Assembly (NCBI RefSeq): GCF_036588685.1
Contig: NC_086376.1
Span: 22,506,001-22,570,000, forward strand
Reading direction: 5' to 3'
Source: Mytilus trossulus
Lineage: Eukaryota
DNA: 64,000 nt
Shown here: positions 40,265-53,705 of the stretch, in pieces
Layout of the letters: each line of letters begins with the position of its first letter
Numbering within the stretch: the first letter of the stretch is position 1
Made by a program: the position numbers and the translations under genes
Notes under the pieces: generated by a model
Told to the model about the DNA's origin: nothing
Databases searched by the model: none
Seen by the model: the letters and a program-made list of their open reading frames with translations, nothing else

Positions 40265-41280
40265 AGTATATATTTCTGACAAGATAAATTTAAAGCCGGA
40301 ATAAAGCTCGGTCTGAATGTTAAATACAATCTATTTGTCAATGGTGCATTGGACGATGGTCTTCATGATGGCTTAGAAACAGGAAATAATGAATCGCTGG
40401 CAAACGACAGCATGACAGCCGGAAACGGCGCTGACTTCTTTTCAAATGTGAATACAGGCTGCTGCATATTCTGGTGTTGGTTATAAAATCTTGTATGTAT
40501 TAAGGATTCTTTCATTGAGTATGGATTGAATCCAGTTCGCGATGATGTCATTGGAACATACCAGTTATCATAACGTGTGAAGAATTCAGCTGTTTCAATA
40601 GAATCCTTGCTTTTTGTTTAGCATTCCGACGCCTGAAATCTCCTTTTGCAAAATCTTCTATACATGATAAGTGAATAGACAAATAGTTGCCTTTGCCGTT
40701 ATCGGACCTTCCACTTTCTATGAAACACTTGTTGAGAGAAAGGTTATGTCGTATGCTGTTTCGCCATGCTTTTTCTTTGTTATTGTAAAAGGGGAAATTA
40801 TCCATTATGTATTGGTTTATGTCGTTCAGTAACATTTTCTTGTTTGGTTTACTTAGTATTGCCATTGAAATCATAGCTACATAAGAATGCGATGGCTTCT
40901 GATTTATATCACTGTTAGATTATCTATGCTTAATTGATCTGTCTGAATACGACTGAACCTACAAAAAGAATAATAAATGTTTTAAAATGTAAAACCAATG
41001 ATGAATATCAGAAAATGAGGAATTCATTTTGCTTTGTTCGCAATCTGTACCTATTTATCAAATGCATGAATTGATACATAGTTTTTGTACATATGTCTGT
41101 TTGAGTAACAATGCTGATGTTATTATAATTGATATAATATATATACTCATTAAATAAGATTCAGCACTGTTATTGTATCTACTGCCACTTTCACTTGTCC
41201 CAATTTTTGAAATAGAATCTCGTTGAACTAGTTCTGGATCTCCCATGGTCAAACGATAGATGCTGAACTGTGAGGAACAA
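40265..41280 (-). pseudogene. foxQ2: FoxQ2 copy B4 pseudogene
   Basis: Same ATG-removing deletion and W>L as B3; TAA at codon 13 of exon 2 (starts 40958); frameshift after NAKQKAR. Confidence 0.88.
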
Positions 41281-44200
41281 TCTCGTTGAGAGGAAATTAC
41301 AAAATGAACTATATTGTTTTCAGAATTTATATCTGACAAAACTGTTTATATCCTAGTTAGTGCTGTTTAGTCACAGTTCAAAAGTACGTGGTCTTATAAA
41401 AATGGCATTTTGTTTCAGTCAAGGGGTCAAATACTTAAATAACATTTCAGTATTGAAAAGAATGTTGACCGTTGACTGTGAAAATTGTATATATTTGTTA
41501 TCAAAATAAATGATAATAGTATCACAGTTAAAAAATTACCGCTTAATAATCAAGGTAATATGTTATTCTATATAAAAAATAGAAGAGTAAAAATAACAAA
41601 TACAACATCTACATCAAGAGATTAAGAGATTAAGAGAGAAAATGCTAAGATTGAATACATTGAAAAAGGACAAAGACTAGTATCAAGTGTTGAGACACAT
41701 GTTCTAAACCCATAGATTATTATTTTGCGGAATTAGGCCCCGTTGTATGATGGGTGGCTGTGCCAAGTGGACCTTATGACTATTTTTGTAGAAACACGTA
41801 TTGTGATTATAGTAATAATAACATGCGGTTTCATTGATTTTGTTCGTGTTGCTCAGTCTAAAGTTTTCTATTTTGTGTTTTGTGTACTATTGTTTGCCTT
41901 TGGTCTTATCCTTTTTAAACATATTGTTGTGATTTTATTTTTGTGTAACGAGGTAAAATGCTCCTTTAGTATCTAACGAGTTGCTAATTATTTACGCCTC
42001 TCTTTTTCATTATTCTATAGGGGGTCTCAATAATGTTTTTTATTTGCTTATGATTTTTATATTCGTATACATAAATAAGTGTTAAAACATCTTAATGGTT
42101 TCAATTTCTATTCTTGAGGCTATCCGGAATGACTGACGAGAGAAAACTGCATTGACGTAAAACTGACAAACCTTGTTAATTTGTGCCCCGGTTAATAGTC
42201 AACTTTTACGTAATGTCTTCATCAAATATCCAAATATTTTGATATGCTATTACCAATTTGTTTATTATAGTGTGAATACTAAATCATTCATAGAAATATT
42301 CTTTATATAATTCGTTACACGCTATAAATGGGTCGAACCATATTTTTCTATAAGATAGAATATAAAATGTATTTATGTTGACAAAACCTGGTTTCAATCA
42401 TAGCAAATATTATATCTCATATTTCTTGCTGATGATGTAAAGATTCAATTGTATAACAAGTAAAAACAGTCAAAACATCTAACTCAGTCTTTAGTAGGAG
42501 TTGTTCCCCTTGTAAATTATAATTTCATTAAAAAAAATGATAAAAGGTCAAATAAGGTTGATAAAGGTAATTTCAAGGACTCTTATATCTGTTCTTTTTG
42601 TCCTTTTCTCTTTTTATGTGCTCCCTGTGCGTCCCTGTGCGTAAAACAGTTTCAAGTATTCAATCATGGATCATTACAGCTTCCTAGATTATTTCCTAGC
42701 AAAATCATATTGTCATAAAAATGCTACTGAAAATATGTAATGGATAGTATAAACAAAATAATCAAAGAAAGTGTTCAATATAAAGTGACAACAGTAAATG
42801 CTAGACTTTACCAACCAGCGAACAAACGGTAACTATCATTTAGCATATTAAAGGCACTTTCGAAAAAAATGGTAGTTTAAACCTGGTTTTATAAATTAAT
42901 GTTACAATACTTATAATCAAGCAGACAAAAGTGTGTTAATATAAACCACAGACGCGTAACATAACGGAATTAAAGTAAGATAAAAAAAATTAGAAAAAAT
43001 CTTTCAAAAACAAAACAATAAAAGGGTTTGTGCAGTATAATATAAGTTTGACAAAGAGGCCTGCAAAAATTATTTTGTAGTTGATAGTAAATTTTACATT
43101 TCTACATACATTGTATATAAAATGTTTAGAAACAAGATGTTTTTCACACATTTAGGAGTTCAACAGGCTAGTATTGGAATCACATTACATAAAGGACAGA
43201 ACAAACACAATGTGTTGACTCAGTTTTAACACAATAATACAATATTAAAATTAGTATAAAGGTTATGGAAATTTCTGACATGGTGCATTGTATCAAGGTG
43301 ATCATAAACAGAAAAATGTATGTACGGAATTGTGTTTGAATGAATAGAATTGTTTTACCTTTTTATATTTTATCATGAAATTCGAAATTAACATTCGTTT
43401 TCCAATTGGTAAGCCCTTGCGGCAGATTCGTTGGATACCGCCATCTTGAACTTTACAATAGTTAGGCACAATCGGTCTAGTTCGTTGTTTAAATCTACAA
43501 ATTTTGGAACAGGTATCCATACTATGCTTACTACTGAGTATTCATTTAAGATTAATACTTGCTTCATTGTTATCCAAATTGTTTGACCTAATATTAAATA
43601 TTAATAATTTTAGAATACATATACAACTCGGCCATTTTGGAGAGAAAGCAGCTATAGGTATACTGATAGTTAACATTCTGTTTTTTCTTGTAGGCAGAAT
43701 ACAAGATTAGTCAGACCAACATTTTATTTTGAGATAAGCATAATAATTTTTCGTTATGGGACGGAATAAAAAAAATTATCGTAAAAAATACATTCCGACG
43801 ATTCACCTGTAAATAAGATGTTTTTGAAATAAAAGCTTTAAATAATTAGGTATCAACTATATACAGTTTATAAAGTTAAAAATATGGGTATACATAATCA
43901 CAGAGAACATTTTAGGTCTAGTGAAAGTAATTAGTTTTTTTTAATGTAGCTGATACGTATTTTATTTATGAAACCCAAATATTCAAAATATAAAAGTATT
44001 TATTTTTTTAAAGCGGTAAGAAGTGTAAGTTTTCAGTTGAGAACAGGAACTATTAGTATATAAATATATATATACAACTCGTTTAAACATCAACCCAACA
44101 ATCTAACACTGTGTTACTATATAACAAACCAGTTTTCACTGGTGAATCAGCGTCTTAATTCGTCCTTGGTTTATTAGCAGGATTCGTGTTTAATTTTTTA

Positions 44201-44803
44201 AAAGTATTGTATGGACTTCTTTTGATGAGTTCTTGATTTTCATCATCATTTATGTGGATTAAATTGTCATATTCCTAACGTCTATCTTTTTAACAGTTTG
44301 TTAGAAAAAGTACATAATAAACATTATTTTTATGAAATTTTACTAATTTTAACAGATTTATTAAATTTTTCATGCATATTGCTATGGTTTTAGTTATACC
44401 ATTTGCTCGATCCTCATTTTTGTTTGTCTCAAATTGTTGCTGTTGTTATGGTTGATGTTCTTGGTCTTGTTTGAGTGGTTTTTGTTTTTCAAAATTACTT
44501 TATACATACTGTATCATTTTAAGATACAATAATTATTTCTGGTCTCCGTGTGATTTTCAAATTGTCTTGTTTGCAGACAAATACAAATAGAATGTGTGCT
44601 GTCAACATGCTATATACAATGTAAATGTTATTCAACAATATGTATTACCTACTAACTAGTAAACCTTGACATTATACTCAGATCACGTAAATTAAAGCTG
44701 TGAAAAACAACAGGTTTGTATGGTATATATACTGAAGCAAAAAACAGTTTAAGTCATTCTGTAATTTACCACCAGCAAGATCGTTCCTTTTAATTTAGGA
44801 GTC

Positions 44804-45982
44804 ATGAATAAATATCAGTTGAGCATCTATCATTTGAATAGAGGCGATACGGAAAGAGTCACACGAGATTCTATCTTAAGCGAGGGTGCAGAACTGTTTA
44901 CACCGTCGTCTCTATGTACAAGTGAAAGCGCAAGTAGCAACAGTGGCAGTTACGAATCTATTCCACAGGTATGTTACGTCATTTATAGCTTCAAATTTAA
45001 AGAAGAATTTCATAAGTCATCTAAAGAATGGGGATACTAATCTATATAAATATAAAAAAAACCAAAATAAACCAAAGACGAGAAAATATATGCATTCCTA
45101 TGTAAACAATAAGGAGAGGCAACAACGTAATCTTATTTGTTCCAATTACTTCAATGTACTATAATTGCGTTTTTATTCATTACTTTGTAGTTTTCATATA
45201 TTTCTTTTGAGTTTTCTTAATATTTAAATTCTGTTTTGTAGGTTTTGATATCTTTCGACAGATCAATTAAGAATTGGTTATCTTCCTGCGATACTAAAGA
45301 GAAACCACCGCACTCGTACATCGCTATGATTTCAATGGCAATACTGAGCAAACCGAACAAGAAAATGTTGATCAACGATATATATCAGTTTATCATGGAT
45401 ACTTTCCCCTTCTACAATAATAATGAAAAGGCATGGAGAAACAGCATACGGCATAATCTTTCCCTTAACGAGTGCTTCGTAAAAATTGGCAGATCCGATA
45501 CATGCAAAGGCAACTATTGGTCTATTCATCAAGACTGTATAGAGGAATTTGCAAAAGGAGATTACAGGCGTCGGAATCCAAGACGAAGAGCACTAAAAAG
45601 TTCTGTAAAAACTGCCGATTGTTCATCCAATAAATTCTGCAACCGAAACAATTATGAATATGTACCTATGACATTGTCGCAAACTGGATTCTACCCATAC
45701 TACGTAAAAGGATCCTTTATGCATAGAAACCCTCAAAATCAACATTATAATCAAACAAAAATTATAACTCCTGTATCTACATGTGGAATGAAAAAAACGC
45801 AAAGTCCGTCAGTCATGCATTCATTCGGAAGGGATTCACTATTTCCCGTTTCTCAATCTTCGTTAGAAGGGGATTCATGCAATGCACTATCATCATATTA
45901 CACGACTTCATCCATCAGACCGAGCTCTTATTCAGCTTTTTATTCATCTTGTCAGATACAAAAAGATTTTTTTGATTGGTGA
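44804..45982 (+). CDS. foxQ2: FoxQ2-class forkhead transcription factor, copy A4 (2 exons, ~301 aa)
   Basis: Exon 1 44804-44968 (55 codons), exon 2 45242-45982, intact; C-terminal half diverged from A1-A3. Confidence 0.9.
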
Positions 45983-48183
45983 AAAAACTTGTTTCACATT
46001 ATCAAGGGAAGGTTTAACATTTTTTTCTGCGTTTGAAAAATTTAATATCATCAATACAGTGACAAATGAGTTAAAAGATATATTGAGCAATTTGTATCAG
46101 TCTGCAGCGTGGACTTAAATAATTGTTTAGAGACAACTAGTTAACTTGTATTTACAAATAATGCCAGAAGCCAAATGTTTTACCTTGTATAAAATTACTC
46201 TGATGGAAGTAAATGTATGGTAAAGGATTTTAAAGAGGAACAATGTCTTTACTGTAAATATGTATATTTAAAATATCACATTTGATATATCATTTTGCTG
46301 TTAATGTTGATTTTCACGGAGTATTTGGTCGTTTATTTGCTATGATATGGTTAGTTTGTTATCAACTTTGATTTTGATTATCAATTTAGTATTTTAAGTC
46401 TCTCCTTTTGGTGGTTATCCATAACAACTTATTTTAAAAAGTAAGAATCTATTATCAAATTTTTTTGTTGTCTTTTACAAACAATTGACATTTTACGCTT
46501 TTTCATTCTTGATAAAATATTGCAACAACAGCAATGCTTTTGATCTTAAAGCTTATGAAAGTTACGGTTATGACACATTATTAGCAAACAAGCTAACATG
46601 TTTACTTACTGTCCTTTTAACCTTTACATTGGTTTTATTGACTAACTGAAAATAGTACTTACAACTAAGTGTTTATTGTACCTAGATAATCATAAACAGA
46701 AAAATATATTAATGAAATTTAGTTTCATTATCAATTATTTGTTTGACCTTATATTGTTAGGAATATGGTAAAGACTACTTCTAGTGGAGAGTCGTTGGTG
46801 AAGGAAAGAGTTTTTCTTGTTGATATTTTCTAAATGGAAAGGGAAAAAAATAAACCAAGAAAGCTACATACTATCTTCAACATTTAAGTATGTATCGCTA
46901 TTTATTACAAAAAATCAATAAATAAATTCCACAGAGCCTATCATAGAACTGACCCTCAAGATTTCAAACATGACAAAAACTATCAGAACATATCTACTTA
47001 TAATCACTGAATAGGGACTTTACAGGACATGCATTGACTTCGAATTTCTAATGTTTCAGGATTTGGATTTTCAACTTTTGTATCGTTACATTGATGCTTT
47101 GTCAGAATGGATAAGCGGTTACCATTGGAGCAAATACTGAACGATTATTTCATTACAGTTCATAATTCCTTCAGTTCCTTAACAAATACATGCACTTCAG
47201 TATTCATATATCATGTGAACGTACTGATAAAGCACTAAAAGAACTTTACTTGTTCTTGATTACAGGCAAATGATTAGGAATAAAGAAAAATGACATATTG
47301 GACCGATTATTGCACTTGGCTGTTTCAACATGAAAACACAATCTAACTATTTGTTAAAATATATGAAACAATCTAAAATAATGTATACTCTGTAAAACCA
47401 AAGATGAACAGCAAATACAAATTCAAATGTTAAAAATTCATATATTTTAAAAGACGTACATACAGTTATAGAAATGGTGCCGATATGTCTGTTTCGATTC
47501 CCAAATGGAGTTAAATGCCTATACTACTAGTATTTTCTTAATTTAGAAGCAAGAATTGTACACATGAACTGTTACTATAGTACAATCTCTCAAATACTTA
47601 TATTCCTTAGAACGATACTGTACGTCTACGATGCAAACGTATACAAAATGTACAGTACATTTACTAAACATTGTCATCATTAATTGACAATTTGTACTGA
47701 TTCAAAGCAGAAAAAAGTTAAACCCCAATCTAGATAATGTTATATAATATAAAACAGAAGATGTGGTATGATTCCCAATGAGACAACTATCCACAAGAGA
47801 TAAAAACTGTGACAGACATTAACAACTATAGGTCACTGTACGGCCTTCAACAATGAGCAAATCCTATACCGCATAGTCAGCTATAAAAAGCCTCGATAAG
47901 ACAATGTAAAACAATACAGACGAGAAAACTAACGACCATATTTATATGAAAAAATTGAACAAAAACTTATATGTAACACATAAACAAACGACAACCACTG
48001 AATAACAGGCTCTTGACTTGAGACAGAGACATAAATAAATAATGTGGCGGGGTTAAACATGTTCGCGGAATCCCAACCCTCCCCCTAAACTGGGGCAGTG
48101 GTATAACAATACAACATAAGAACGAACTATAAAAATCAGTTGCAAAAGGATTAACTCATCAAAAGGACAAAATACAAGTATAT

Positions 48184-48280
48184 TCACCAATCAGAAAACT
48201 CTTTTTATTTCTGAATTAAAATAAAAAGCGGAATTAAATCTCGGTCTGAATGTTAAGGACGTACAGTTTATGGATGGTGT
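48184..48280 (-). pseudogene. foxQ2: FoxQ2 copy B5: only the last ~30 codons plus 3' flank remain
   Basis: TATTCACCAATCAGAAAA...CTCGGTCTGAATGTTA...GGATGGTG matches 9516-9617; flank 47110-47750 matches 8850-9510; sequence then jumps into spacer DNA. Confidence 0.75.
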
Positions 48281-48959
48281 AAGCCCTCACATCAGATTCG
48301 TTTTCTGCCGACATCTTGAACTTTACAACAGCTCGGCACAATTGGTCTAGTTCTTTGTTTAAACAGATATGCAATGTATGCTTAATACAGTGTATCCATG
48401 TAAGATTAATATATGCTTCCTTGTCATCCAATTTTTTACCTGATATTAAATATTAATAAATTAAGAAAACATATATCCGAGTTGGTCATTTAGGAGAGAT
48501 AGCAGCTATAGGTATATTGATAGTGAAGATTTCATTTTTACTTGGAGGCAGAATTCAAGATTAGTCAGACCATCATTTTATTTTTGAAAAAAAATCATAA
48601 TAATTCATCGTGATGGCACGGTATAAAAAATTATATCGTAAGAAATACATACCTACTTTATTATATGGAAATAAGATGTTTTTAAATAAAAGTTTCGAAT
48701 AATTTAATATCAACTATCGAAGCTAAATACAGATTATAAACTTAAACACATGGGTAAACATAATCACAGAGAACATTTTAGGTCTGGTGGAAGGCATTAT
48801 AAGTGGTAATAAGTGCGACATTTCAGAAACAGGAATTAAATTAAATGACTGAATAAATAGTCAACTATCAATCTTACCGGGCGATGGATTATCTATTATG
48901 ATTCTGTACACTACAAAATATAATATATAACAAGCCAAAAAGGGTACAACATCACCATT

Positions 48960-50685
48960 AAATAACTACAAAATGAAAAAATATTAAATATTTCGGATAA
49001 CAGATATCCTTCGTCGGAAATAGCACGATGTAAAATGAATGATATCGATATATTCAAATCGAGACACTATCAAAATCTTGAACGTTTATACAATTTTAGC
49101 GGACACCACAGACGTTGGTACATTTTTTAATTGCCAAAAACGGCGCAAAGTTTACAAAGATATGCCAAATAAAAATTGTTATTTACGATGTGTTCTTGCA
49201 CAACTCTAAATTTCCAAAGGTTGTGGCAGTTAAGATGTGATAACTGCATAGAGGGCAGTTATCAAACAAAAAAATCAAAAATGTCCTAACCGATAAAAGT
49301 TGGTATAATATTTCAAATTTGACAACGGTAGGGCAATTGCAACAGAAACTACATATTTAAGCCTCCCAAACGAATAGCAGTTTAACAATGATTCGAAAAA
49401 TAAGTTTTATCTAATAAGGTAAAATAATTGAACGTTACTACGTACTTTTACATCCATCCCCAATTGAATGGAGCCCCGTAATTTAAACTGATATTTTAAG
49501 ACAAAATCAAACTGTAAAGCCAGTACGGAGTTACTGGAAACAAGTGATGAGAGGAAAATGAGTGACTCATTCTATGTTTTTTTTAATTTATGCCCTCTGG
49601 GGAAACTGTCTTGTACTTTCTTATCCAAAATCTTTCCCGAGCGACTCTGTCGACCTTCGACCAACCTTCGTTGTGGTCTATGATTGTGATGGTAAGGTTT
49701 TTGAGATCAGCTTAGGCGTGTCCAGGTGATCTCAAATTACGACTTACGGGTAGGTCGGGCTTGCAAGTGTAGTCACTTCGATGACCATTCATGCGTTTAT
49801 TGATAGGCTGGTCTGTCTAGCCAATATACTGCATGCCACATCGACACTGAAGGAGGTATACAACATTCTGAGCTTTGCAAGTTACATTGCAAAATATAGT
49901 GTATATAGACCTAGTCGAGTGACAAGTAAATGTTTGAGTATTTAGTATTTGTTGACAAGTCAGATAAAGTCTGTTACCACATGACTTGCACCATGCTGCA
50001 ATTGAACAGGTTTTATTTGAGGAGATTTGAGGAGACGTCAGCTCTTACAAATAAGTCTTTCAGACTTTGGGGTCTCCGAAAAGCTATAACAGGAGGATTG
50101 GGAAAGATCTTGGATAATATAGGGTGTTTGGCAATAATTTGCAAATTTGCATGGATCAAACGTGAAAGGTTAGTAAAGGCTGGATTGTATGTTAGAACAA
50201 ACGGGACTAATTTGCTACGCGTCTTCCGTTTGTACTGTAAGAAGTCATTGCGGCTGTTATTGTTAGCTCGCGCAAACCCCTTGTCTATGCCCAGTTTCTT
50301 ATGGATAAAGGCAACAGTAGTATACCGCTGATCAAAACTCATAAATCAATGGACAAAAAGCAAAATCGGGGTAACAAACTAAAACCGAGGTAAACGCATT
50401 AAATATAAGAGGAGAACAATGACATAACACTAAAATGTAACACATACAGGAACGGGCCGAGCATCAGACAAAATCCCGCGAGAATAACAAATATAACATC
50501 AAAACCAAATACATGAATTTGGGATAGACAAGTATCATGACACATCTTATCGCAATGTGAATTTACCCTAAAAAAAGAGAATTATAACCTCGTTTTGTAA
50601 AAAATCAGCGAAGTTCCTGTAACCGTTTCGTGACAGCCTCCTCAGAGCAGCAAATCCGCTTTACTCTTAGAACTTGACTGTATAT
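48960..50685 (-). mobile_element. 5'-truncated Penelope-like retroelement (RT thumb plus GIY-YIG endonuclease), degenerate
   Basis: YSQVLRVKRICCS...KRGYN (50582-50682), PFVLTYNP...PPVIAFRRPQSLKDLFVRA, NVVYLLQCRCGMQYIG*T (~49810-49867) and RERFWIRKYKTVSPEGIN; interrupted by a repeat at ~50306-50582. Confidence 0.88.
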
Positions 50686-50694
50686 ATATATATA

Positions 50695-51285
50695 TATATA
50701 AACGCCTAAAAAGTGTACATAACAACACCAATAACACAAAAAGGAACTATAAATGTAATTATTTATAAATATTTCGGATAACAGATATCCTTCGTCAGTC
50801 AGATTCTGATCTTAAATGAATCATCTTTAAGTCTTCTTAGATTAAACTTTTACTAAATCTTGAAATTTATACAATAAAAAAAGGCAAACCGAACATCAGT
50901 TAAGACGCAATCTTTCTTGTAACATCAAAATTATCGACACTGTTAAAGCTTTAGAATTGTGCTAGTTCATATCGCACATTATTATTTTTATTTAAAACAT
51001 TTATTTGAACTCTCTGATGTAATTAGTCATATAACCTATTTCATATTCAACATATTTTTGGAATGGTGCAAGCGTCTTAACTGATGTTCGGTTTGCCTTT
51101 TTTTATTGTATAAATTTCAAGATTTAGTAAAAGTTTAATCTAAGAAGACTTAAAGATGATTCATTTAAGATCAGAATCTGACTGACGAAGGATATCTGTT
51201 ATCCGAAATATTTATAAATAATTACATTTATAGTTCCTTTTTGTGTTATTGGTGTTGTTATGTACACTTTTTAGGCGTTTATATA
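50695..51285. repeat. Perfect inverted repeat, 214 bp arms (50695-50908 / 51072-51285), 163 bp spacer
   Basis: The arms read as exact reverse complements by eye; each contains CTGACGAAGGATATCTGTTATCCGAAA. Confidence 0.9.
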
Positions 51286-51859
51286 ATTTATTTTATTGTG
51301 TACATGTATCGTTACTTGCGCCCTCGTGGGAAAAATCGTTGACTATTTTTCAGACGTTTTATATATATATATATATATATATACAAATTTGTATCAATCA
51401 TAACATTTTGACATTGAAAAATTTCAGATTACAATCTTACTCTATTCGTAGTAAATATCATCATCTCTGTAAGCGTGGTCCAAAATCCGTTGTCTAAACA
51501 TTTTGCAAAGAATTTTTTTTTTTTTGTCTATTCAATAAGGTGGCGTTTTAATTTAGCCTGCGAATCTACCTTCATAGCCAAGCAATCGAAAATAGAAACA
51601 GACTCAAATGCACATACATAATTTGAATTTCAAAAAAAAGGGCACTTGTTTGGTCCAATTGACGAGCATGGAGGTTTCAATGCTATTTTAATTTTTTGAG
51701 AATGTTCGTTTTAACTGCACTAGAAGGCGATAACCTCATTGTAAATTTTGCCATCAGAATTACTCGTTTACGAAAGTCTGATACGCGTTAGAAGGTAAGT
51801 AAAACTTGCGTTTTAAACAGGCTTTTCCTTTATCTCCTGGGAAATAAATCTAGTTGAAA

Positions 51860-52690
51860 TGAACGAATGAATCCTTGAAAATATGCATACATATATACAA
51901 GCGTATGGTATAATGTTAATGCAGACAACATATGATCCTAGAATAATTCCAAATGTTTCTTTTTCATTCTGGCATTGGTGTTGTTTTTCTTTTGTATAAA
52001 TATTATTTGTTTTGTAAAGTAGATAAGAACTATCAAGTAATCCTCACTGATAACGGTCAACATACTTTATTTTTAGAAATGTTATTCTACAATTTGACCT
52101 GTTAACTGAAAAACAGTGTTATTTGAATCAGATCACGTAACCTAGAACTGTGAAACAAACAGCGCTTTCACTATATAGTATCAACAGTTTGGCCAGTTAT
52201 ACATCTTTAAACACGTGTACGGTCAAACCATATAAATCATTCTGTAATTTTCTCTTTTAAATGTTCTTGGTTTTGACCGAATGCGTCCTTGAAAATATGC
52301 ATACATATATGAAAGAGTATGGTATATGTTAATTAAATGCACACAACATGTGACCCTAAAATAACGTCATGGTTTACGGTCTTCACCAAATGTGTCTTTC
52401 TCATTCTGGTATTGGTGTCGTTCTTAGGTTTTATTATTAATACTATTTGTTTTGTGAATTAGATAAATAATAACAAGCTATATTCACAGCTAACAGTTAA
52501 AATACTTTCAAAATGTTATTGAACAATTTGACCTGTTATATGAAAAACAATGCTATTTGAATCAGATCTCGTAACTGCGAACTGTGAAACAAACAGCGCT
52601 TTCACTAGGTTATCAATAGTTTAGCTGTGTATACATCTTGACACGCAAACACTTTAATTCATTCTGTTATTTTCTCTCATAAAGGTTATT
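51860..52690 (+). promoter_or_regulatory. Two tandem orphan copies of the foxQ2 promoter module (~420 bp unit)
   Basis: Units ~51860-52260 and ~52275-52690 each contain AATGTTATT..ACAATTTGACCTGTTA...ATTTGAATCAGATC...CTGTGAAAC...TCATTCTGT; homologous to 12890-13290; no exon 1 directly follows. Confidence 0.7.
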
Positions 52691-53272
52691 ATGCTGATTC
52701 TATATTTTGTAAAGTGTTTTTTATGCTGTTTTTAACTGTGAATCGCTTTTCACTTTTCTTTTGTAGGTCTGTTTTTACTGTTAAATATTGGTTCTGCATT
52801 TGAGGTTGATACACGCTAGCAGATAAGTGGCACATTTTAATTTAAAAGCTATGTTTAAATCATATAAGTCATAATCTGCGTACATTCAACACTCACACAC
52901 AGAGACATTTATTGAAGTTGGTGTAAACAACCATTTAGTATTTGATGTTTTCGAAAAGAGAACATACTATTTTCAAATATGAGTAAGCCAAATATTAGCC
53001 AAATATAGCTTGCAACGATAAAATCTTTCATATCTAGGCTAAGCATCGTCAATTTTTCCGGATTGCATTACTAAATGAGAACACAGCCTCTCTTCCTATT
53101 CAATAATGGTGGGCTTTTGTTTTTTATGTGTTTTTTGTTGGGTTTTTTTGCTTACGTGCTTTTTTGTGTGCTCTTTGTTACATTTTTGTTTGTTTGGTAT
53201 ATATTCTGAATCGAAAAACAATTCATTCTGTAATATTCTCTTAGCAAAATCGTTATTCTCAATATAGGAATA

Positions 53273-53705
53273 ATGGATAATTCTCAAATTATCAGCTATC
53301 ATTTGAACGAAGGAGACACAGAAGTAGTCAAACTAGAATCTCTGTCAAACGAGGGTACAGAAAATTGGACAACAGCTCTTTGTAAGAGTGAAACTGAAAG
53401 TAGTCACATTGACAGTGATGAATCTTTTACAAAAAAATCATGACAATAGCTTTTATTGTGGAGAGGATCCTGGAATTTTGTAATTTATCACAAGACTGGA
53501 GATAATTATTTATGTAGAAATAAAAAATCAAGCAAATCAAAGGAAATATATTTTGTACTATATTTATTTTTTCTTAATTTTGTTAAATATTTAATTTCTG
53601 TTTTGTAGGTTTGATTATCACTCGACAGATCAATTAACAAATGGTTATCTTCCTGTGATACTAATGAGAAACCATCTTATTCGTACATCGCTATGATTTC
53701 AATGG
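53273..53705 (+). pseudogene. foxQ2: FoxQ2 copy A5, truncated pseudogene
   Basis: Exon 1 MDNSQIISYHLNEGDTE... has lost its donor; exon 2 from 53609 has TGA at codon 2 and breaks off after EKPSYSYIAMISM. Confidence 0.85.
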
